Part shown: piece after piece, positions 31,704 to 36,834 of the stretch
Layout: every line of letters starts with the position of its first letter
How positions within the stretch are numbered: the stretch's first letter is position 1
Origin: Candidatus Cloacimonadales bacterium
Lineage (GTDB): Bacteria > Cloacimonadota > Cloacimonadia > Cloacimonadales > WRIO01
Reading direction: 5' to 3'
Length of the DNA: 64,000 bases
NCBI GenBank assembly: GCA_041654875.1
Contig: JBAZCP010000004.1
Span: forward strand, 23,795 to 87,794
Position numbers and translations under genes: made by a program
Notes under the pieces: model-generated
Seen by the model: only the letters and a program-made list of their open reading frames with translations
Database searches by the model: none
What the model was told of the DNA's origin: nothing

Positions 31704-32450
31704 TTAATCAAGTGAAGTCCTAACTAATCTCAAGCCAATATTAAATACAGTCTTTTCTGCTTTATTATAATAGCGATTTGCCAATGTACAATATTCTTTT
31801 ATGCTGCTCCAGCTACCACCGCGAAACACTCTATTATCGCCTGCTTCTGGTCCTTTATAATCAACTCTTTCTTCGTTAGTGTATTGACTATATCTATCCC
31901 AGCACCATTCATATACATTGCCGCTCATATCATATAAACCAAGCTCATTAGGGATTTTGGAGCCAACAGGATGAGATGAAAAATTTGAATTATCAATATA
32001 CCACGCCACTTCTTCAATATCGTCTGAACCAGCGTATTTAAAGTTTTTTGCTTCTCTTCCACCTCTCATTGCAAATTCCCATTCACTTTCGGTTGGTAAT
32101 CTATATCCATTCTTTGTAAAATCGCACTTTACTTCGTGCTCATTAATTTCATAACAGCACTCAAGACTCTCTTTTTCACTGCGCTTATTGCAATAATTCA
32201 CTGCATCATACCATGAAATATTCTCAACTGGACAAAAATCACCATCTATCTCTGATGGTGTTGTAAACATTATTTCAAACCACTCTCTTTGAGTTACAGC
32301 ATATTTATTGATATAAAATGATGACACTGTGGCTGGATGTGCTGGTTTTTCAGTCTCTAAGCCTACATCAGAACCCATTGTAAAGCTGCCGCCTTCAACA
32401 TAAACCATAGCATCTTTTAATTTCTCTTTCATTTTTTCAATATCAATCAT
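31704..32450 (-). CDS. Formylglycine-generating-enzyme (SUMF1/FGE-sulfatase) domain protein, no signal peptide
   Basis: VEGGSFTMGS, YRLPTESEWEFA, GNVYEWCWD and RGGSW motifs. I prefer the start at 32450 (GGAGGA SD) over 32546. Confidence 0.8.
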   Translation of the reverse strand: MIDIEKMKEKLKDAMVYVEGGSFTMGSDVGLETEKPAHPATVSSFYINKYAVTQREWFEIMFTTPSEIDGDFCPVENISWYDAVNYCNKRSEKESLECCYEINEHEVKCDFTKNGYRLPTESEWEFAMRGGREAKNFKYAGSDDIEEVAWYIDNSNFSSHPVGSKIPNELGLYDMSGNVYEWCWDRYSQYTNEERVDYKGPEAGDNRVFRGGSWSSIKEYCTLANRYYNKAEKTVFNIGLRLVRTSLD

Positions 32451-32947
32451 ATATCCTCCATCATGTTTTTTATCAATATTTATAAAATGACGAGTTTTTG
32501 TCAATAAATAAATACATATTTCATCAAAATTAATCGCAAGCCCCAAAAACCCTGTAATTTATTATGAAAATCTTGTGATACTTTGCACTGTACACAAAAA
32601 ATATAATAAATTGATTAAACATATTTTTTAATAAAACAGTGTTTTGAATAGCTATTTTAGCATTGCTCTTTTGTGCAAAAAATAGCTTTTCTTTCAACAA
32701 TATAGATTTAAATCTCCTAATTTACAGATACTTGTAAAAAAATGCGGCATTGCCTTTACTGAACAAATGAACTTAGTTAAATAAACTTTATACAGCCCTA
32801 TCAAATAAAATAAAGCTCTTTTAAATTGGGCTGTGCTCAGATAATTTGCTGCATTCACAAAAAATAATACTTCTTCTATCCATTTACTTAACTCGTATTA
32901 ATTGTCAACTTCAAATATCAACAGCTCGTATATTCAAAATCTATTAG

Positions 32948-32990
32948 CATCCCGTTACCATCCCGTTACCATCCCGTTGCTACCCCGTAG
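32948..32990. repeat. 11-bp phased tandem repeat CATCCCGTTAC (3 good copies + 1 degenerate)
   Basis: Copies at 32948, 32959 and 32970, with a degenerate copy at 32981. A 10-bp direct repeat AAGGGGTTT x2 follows at 32995-33014. Confidence 0.9.
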
Positions 32991-33163
32991 ATATAAGGGG
33001 TTTTAAAGGGGTTTCTAACGAGTACATTATGAGATGTGTAAAATGTTTATAAAGGATAACAGAAATGAATAATGTTTTGCCAACAAAGTATTTTTTATAC
33101 TTTAATACAGTTTATTAGAAAGATTCTGCTTTTTTTCAGCAATAAAAACAAGTTGTTTTAATC

Positions 33164-33514
33164 TTAATCTCCCCAGCCTCTTTGTTTGTTCCATTCGGGT
33201 TTTAGCTCTCTAATCCATTGAGCCTCGACTTCTCTGCATTTCTCTCCTGAGCCTAAAACTACCCAACTAACTAAAATTCTATCGCGGTTTTCATAAATCT
33301 TTTTTGCTGATGGATAATGAGCTGTCGTACCATTATAATATTGTACAAATCTTTTTCTTAACCCATCTTCCGCTTTTCCAACATATTTTAAGCCATTATA
33401 ATAGATTTTGTAGCAGCCCATACTGTTTGGTGCAATTGTTTTTGCTTCTTCCAATTTTGTTGTTCCTATGCCTGCTGATTTTGCAATGCCTATAAGGCTA
33501 TTTAAAAAGCCCAT
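33164..33514 (-). CDS. Small GIY-YIG-domain nuclease family protein
   Basis: CYKIYYNGLKYVGKAEDGLRKRF ... REVEAQWIRELKPEWN fits the GIY / YxG / R / E / N pattern. I prefer the start at 33514 (GGAGAT SD). Confidence 0.65.
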   Translation of the reverse strand: MGFLNSLIGIAKSAGIGTTKLEEAKTIAPNSMGCYKIYYNGLKYVGKAEDGLRKRFVQYYNGTTAHYPSAKKIYENRDRILVSWVVLGSGEKCREVEAQWIRELKPEWNKQRGWGD

Positions 33515-33744
33515 TTTTATCTCCATTACTATCTTATTATCTAAATATCGAGATAAAATTGATGAACTTTAGCTATATATAAGTAAATATAAAAGAAATA
33601 ATTTAAATATTTTTAAAAGAGGAAGAAATAGATTAGAAATAAGCAAATGATTAAGAAGCCACTGCAGGAGCATCATTGGATACATTTAAAAATAGTTGAG
33701 AAATTGACCATCTGATAAAATAAAAATCAAACTCATAATATTAT

Positions 33745-33772
33745 TTGACAAAAGATATAAATTGTTTAAATT
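33745..33772 (+). promoter_or_regulatory. Sigma70-like promoter of small RNA copy 1
   Basis: TTGACA 33745-50, 16-nt spacer, TAAATT 33767-72. Confidence 0.55.
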
Positions 33773-33778
33773 GTCAAT

Positions 33779-33884
33779 CAGAAGTGGAGAGAGAGCTTAG
33801 CCCTCATTTGATCGAAGCGGAAACGAGTAAATGGCTAAGGTTTACTTAGATTTGTGAGAGAGGCTGCAAAGCCTCTCTTTTTTT
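33779..33884 (+). ncRNA. Candidate roughly 105-nt small RNA, copy 1 (family not recognised)
   Basis: Bounded by a consensus -35 promoter and an intrinsic terminator (AGAGAGGC 33857-64 / GCCTCTCT 33871-78 + T7). Internal 7-bp stem CTTAGCC/GGCTAAG. No conserved ORF. The 5' end is estimated. Confidence 0.5.
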
Positions 33885-34121
33885 ATGCTTTTATCATAAA
33901 TCCCTTTCTTTGTCTGTTTATGTAGCTATCCCTTGCAGTAAATATGTTGAAGTACTCTAAGGAGCCATTAACAAAGTCAGCCATAACTATAACATTGTTA
34001 GAATACTTTTTAAGATAATATGCTCTTCCCTCTTTGCTGTATGATTTGGCGTTATTTATCAGAGTGAAAGAAATAAATAAGAAATAAGCAAGTGATGAAA
34101 TTCATCTAAAAAGAGCCTTTT

Positions 34122-34192
34122 TGGCAATAATTGTTGAGAAATTTCATAATCTGTATTTTTCTCAAAAAGTTGGCAATAATTGTTGAGAAATT
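34122..34192 (+). repeat. Two plus-oriented copies of the TGGCAATAATTGTTGAGAAATT repeat family (49-bp period)
   Basis: Cores at 34122-34144 and 34171-34192. A related fragment AATAGTTGAGAAATTGACCATCTGATAAAAT sits at 33691-33721. Confidence 0.85.
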
Positions 34193-34365
34193 GAGCATCT
34201 GATAAAATATAAATGAAGCTATATGTAAACATAAAACATCACTGCGAAGCAGTTTTATCTTTCATACTCCCGAGTGAAAGATATCTACTATGGGAAAAAA
34301 GTATAAACAGTGGTTGTCAACTAATGGTTGACTACCACTAAAAGATGGCAGTTCAAAAAGCAAAC

Positions 34366-34389
34366 AGGCACCTGCGGGTGCCTTTTTTT
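34366..34389 (+). terminator. Intrinsic terminator inside the island (possible 3' end of a second small RNA)
   Basis: AGGCACC (34366-72) / GGTGCCT (34377-83), loop TGCG, T7. It is preceded by a 12-bp hairpin at 34309-34339. Confidence 0.6.
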
Positions 34390-34408
34390 ATGATTTTAAA
34401 AATATAAG

Positions 34409-34436
34409 TTGACAAAAGATATGAATTGTTTAAATT
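34409..34436 (+). promoter_or_regulatory. Sigma70-like promoter of small RNA copy 2
   Basis: TTGACA 34409-14, 16-nt spacer, TAAATT 34431-36. Confidence 0.55.
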
Positions 34437-34442
34437 GTTAAT

Positions 34443-34549
34443 CAGAAGTGGAGAGAGAGCTTAGCCCTCATTTGATCGAAGCGGAAACGAGTAAATGGCT
34501 AAGGTTTACTTTGATGTAATAGAGAGGCTGCAAAGCCTCTCTTTTTTTT
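34443..34549 (+). ncRNA. Candidate roughly 105-nt small RNA, copy 2
   Basis: Identical to copy 1 except for a 9-nt patch (34512-34520) and one extra T in the terminator tail. Terminator AGAGAGGC 34521-28 / GCCTCTCT 34535-42. Confidence 0.5.
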
Positions 34550-34622
34550 ATGCTTTTATCATAAATCCCTTTCTTTGTCTGTTTATTTAGCTATCTCTTG
34601 CAGTAAATATGTTGAAGTACTC

Positions 34623-34796
34623 TTAATGTCGGAAGAAATTGTTGAGAAATTTCTCAACAATTATTGCCAGATTTTTTGAAAATATACAGTTTTTGGTGTT
34701 TTTTGTGCCAAATTTCTCAACAATTATTGCCAGATTTTTTGAAAATATACAGTTTTTGGTGTTTGCAATCCCCATAAGGCTATCAAAAAAGCCCAT
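34623..34796 (-). pseudogene. Truncated paralog of the GIY-YIG gene 5' end, fused in frame to two 63-bp repeat units (57-codon ORF)
   Basis: Manual translation gives MGFFDSLMGIA (compare MGFLNSLIGIA of the intact gene), then NTKNCIFSKNLAIIVEKFGTK repeated. The upstream roughly 135 bp (34763-34897) is about 88-90 percent identical to 33481-33614, including the SD. Confidence 0.6.
34637..34763. repeat. Perfect 26-bp palindrome plus two minus-oriented 63-bp repeat units of the TTGAGAAATT family
   Basis: AATTGTTGAGAAATTTCTCAACAATT at 34637-34662. Units at 34648-34710 and 34711-34763 are inverted relative to the copies at 34122-34192. Confidence 0.9.
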
Positions 34797-34971
34797 TTTT
34801 ACCTCCTTTACTATCTTATTATCTGAATATAGAGATGAAATTGATGAACTTTAGCTATATGTAAGCAAATACAAAAAAATTATTTTAAATATTTTATATA
34901 TGTATAAAGCTGATTGACAAAGGGTTTAAGCGATTTCTAAAAAAATACTTTTAAAAAAGTGAAAAAATAAC

Positions 34972-35000
34972 TTGACGAAAAATCATATTTTGTCAATATA
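34972..35000 (+). promoter_or_regulatory. Possible dcw/mraZ promoter
   Basis: TTGACG 34972-77, 17-nt spacer, AATATA 34995-35000, about 90 nt upstream of mraZ. Confidence 0.35.
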
Positions 35001-35087
35001 TCTCATGTTTGAGCATAAAAAGTCAAATTATATCAAAGAGTGGTAGGCAAAACAGCCAGAATCAAGCAAAAAAGAAAGGTAAGATGA

Positions 35088-35528
35088 ATGTCAGGAGATT
35101 TTTTAGGAACATTTGAAAACTCTGTAAACAAGCAGAGAATTACAATACCTGCACCGTTTAAAGCAAAATTCTCATCTGAAGCTGGGCAAACTGTGATAAT
35201 CACAGCAGGTCCTAACTATTCTATTGCTGTTTTTCCACTTGATAATTGGAATGAACTGAATGCCAAAGCAGATAGTGGCGATGAAAAAGTAAAGAAGTTA
35301 ATTTATAATCTCAAAGACTTTGCAACACCAGAGCAAACCCTTGAGGGCCCAGGCCGAGTGAGAATTAGTGATGAGCTGCTTGAAATAGCAGATATTACAG
35401 ACTCTGTGATAATCAAAGGCGAGGGCTCATATATCTCTTTATGGAATCCAGATAAATTTAAAAAATTAAGACAGCAAAAACTTGAAGCTCACCAAGCAGA
35501 GTTTAATTCATTGGATTATCAGCTATGA
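35088..35528 (+). CDS. mraZ: Transcriptional regulator MraZ
   Basis: 146 aa with two SpoVT/AbrB-like halves (RITIPAPFK, GRVRISDELL), first gene of the dcw cluster. Confidence 0.9.
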   Translation: MSGDFLGTFENSVNKQRITIPAPFKAKFSSEAGQTVIITAGPNYSIAVFPLDNWNELNAKADSGDEKVKKLIYNLKDFATPEQTLEGPGRVRISDELLEIADITDSVIIKGEGSYISLWNPDKFKKLRQQKLEAHQAEFNSLDYQL

Positions 35529-36478
35529 CATACCATATACCTGTATTAGTTGATGAAGTTTTGGAGTTTATGAACCTCAAAGAAAATGGGTTGTATGTCG
35601 ATGCAACCTTAGGAGGAGGCGGGCACAGCTTTGCAATGCTATCAAAACAAGAGAATATCAGAATTATTGGGTTTGACCAAGACCAAGATGCTATCAACTA
35701 TGCACAGCAACGTTTAAATAAGTATCACGACCAGGTGAAAATTATAAAAGATAATTTCAAAAATATGAGAACACGGCTTGCACTTGAAAAGATTGGGTAT
35801 ATCGACGGAGCTCTATTTGATATTGGAGTTTCAAACTATCAAATTTCTAATCCAGAAAAAGGTTTTACTTTTATGGCAGATGCATATCTCGATATGAGAA
35901 TGGATAAAGATAATCCATTGAATGCAGAAACAGTTATCAATGAATATTCTGAAGACCAGCTTAGAGATATATTTTACCAATATGGCGAAGAGAAATGCTC
36001 TGCTCATATTGCAAAATCCATTGTGCATCATAGACAAAATGAGAGAATTGAAAGAACAAGCCAATTAAGCACCATAATTGAGAATAGTTTAATGTATTTA
36101 CAACGCAAACACAAGGTTGATTCAAATTTTATTAAAACTAAAGCACGCATATTTCAAGCTTTAAGAATCGAAGTCAACGATGAGTTAAGAATATTAGAAC
36201 AGTCTTTGCTCGATGCTATTTATACTTTAAAAATTGGTGGACGTCTGCTTGTTATTTCTTGGCATAGTTTAGAAGACAGAATAGTAAAAAACCTTTTTCA
36301 AAAAGAATCAACAGATTGTATTTGTGACAAGAACTTGCCCATGTGTATTTGTGAACATAAAGCTATGGTCAAGATTGTTAATCGGAAAGCAATTGTTCCA
36401 CAAGAAGCTGAAATTCGTGATAATTCTAATGCACGTAGTGCAAAACTGAGAGTTGTTGAAAAAATTGGGAGGATATAA
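35525..36478 (+). CDS. rsmH: 16S rRNA (cytosine1402-N4)-methyltransferase
   Basis: HIPVLVDEV, DATLGGGGHS, FDIGVSNYQ and SWHSLEDRIVK motifs. Confidence 0.95.
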   Translation: MTYHIPVLVDEVLEFMNLKENGLYVDATLGGGGHSFAMLSKQENIRIIGFDQDQDAINYAQQRLNKYHDQVKIIKDNFKNMRTRLALEKIGYIDGALFDIGVSNYQISNPEKGFTFMADAYLDMRMDKDNPLNAETVINEYSEDQLRDIFYQYGEEKCSAHIAKSIVHHRQNERIERTSQLSTIIENSLMYLQRKHKVDSNFIKTKARIFQALRIEVNDELRILEQSLLDAIYTLKIGGRLLVISWHSLEDRIVKNLFQKESTDCICDKNLPMCICEHKAMVKIVNRKAIVPQEAEIRDNSNARSAKLRVVEKIGRI

Positions 36479-36834
36479 TGAGGTATATTATCACACTTGT
36501 AACGGTTTTTCTTCTACACTTTTTTGTTATAAATTTTAATCAGCATAGCATAACTAAGAATATAAGAAAAACTAAAGAGCTAAATACTGAGCTTGCAGTA
36601 GCAAAGAATTGTAATTCAGAGCTTATTTCAATAAGAAATCAATTATGTCTAAAAGAACGTATCTGCAACTATGCAACAGACAAGTTAGGGATGGTCGACT
36701 CGGTGTCGAATAATTCAGAGCAAAAGGGCGACATTATTCTTGTTTATGAGCAGCAAAAAAAAGATACAGTATTATTTAGTTTATTGGATTTCTTTACACC
36801 TGACGCACAAGCCTTAAATAGCTACCGTGAATAG
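36478..36834 (+). CDS. ftsL: FtsL-like cell division protein
   Basis: 118 aa, a single N-terminal TM helix followed by a coiled coil, positioned between rsmH and ftsI. Confidence 0.7.
   Translation: MRYIITLVTVFLLHFFVINFNQHSITKNIRKTKELNTELAVAKNCNSELISIRNQLCLKERICNYATDKLGMVDSVSNNSEQKGDIILVYEQQKKDTVLFSLLDFFTPDAQALNSYRE

Larger units (their letters stand above)
33738..33958 (+). repeat. Copy 1 of a roughly 221-bp repeat module (promoter + small RNA + terminator + 74-bp tail)
   Basis: Aligns by eye to 34402-34623 with about 10 differences. Confidence 0.9.
34402..34623 (+). repeat. Copy 2 of the roughly 221-bp repeat module
   Basis: See copy 1. Same promoter, RNA body, terminator and tail. Confidence 0.9.

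Noticed and set aside
33779-33884. The small RNA as a riboswitch or attenuator, as SRP RNA, or as the antitoxin of a type I toxin-antitoxin pair.
   Set aside because: No plus-strand ORF lies downstream. The GGAA/GAAA-containing centre does not reproduce the SRP domain IV consensus. The convergent 33-codon minus-strand ORF (33883-33984) lacks an SD, is not hydrophobic, and is interrupted by a stop in copy 2.
34122-34763. A CRISPR array, suggested by the regularly spaced repeats.
   Set aside because: The inter-repeat sequences are themselves repeated, so they are not unique spacers. The periods are irregular (49 and 63 bp), the copies occur in both orientations, and no cas genes are present.
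34639-34854. The 71-aa plus-strand ORF (MLRNFSTIIARFFENIQFLVFF...).
   Set aside because: It is generated by reading through the 63-bp repeats and the reverse complement of the duplicated GIY-YIG leader. It has no SD and its composition is driven by the repeats.
34957-35045. AAAGTG / AGTGG motifs upstream of mraZ as possible MraZ operator boxes.
   Set aside because: There are only one or two loose matches and no regular direct-repeat spacing, so the evidence is insufficient.
32451-35087. Possible replication origin. Gene orientation switches here from minus (23-33.5 kb) to uniformly plus (35-64 kb), and the region is long, AT-rich and full of phased repeats.
   Set aside because: By eye I found no TTATCCACA-like 9-mers within one mismatch here, and plus-strand genes also occur at 6.9-8.9 and 15.6-22.3 kb. 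A cumulative GC-skew plot of the whole replicon plus a DnaA-box scan would settle the question. A skew minimum at about 34 kb would revive it.
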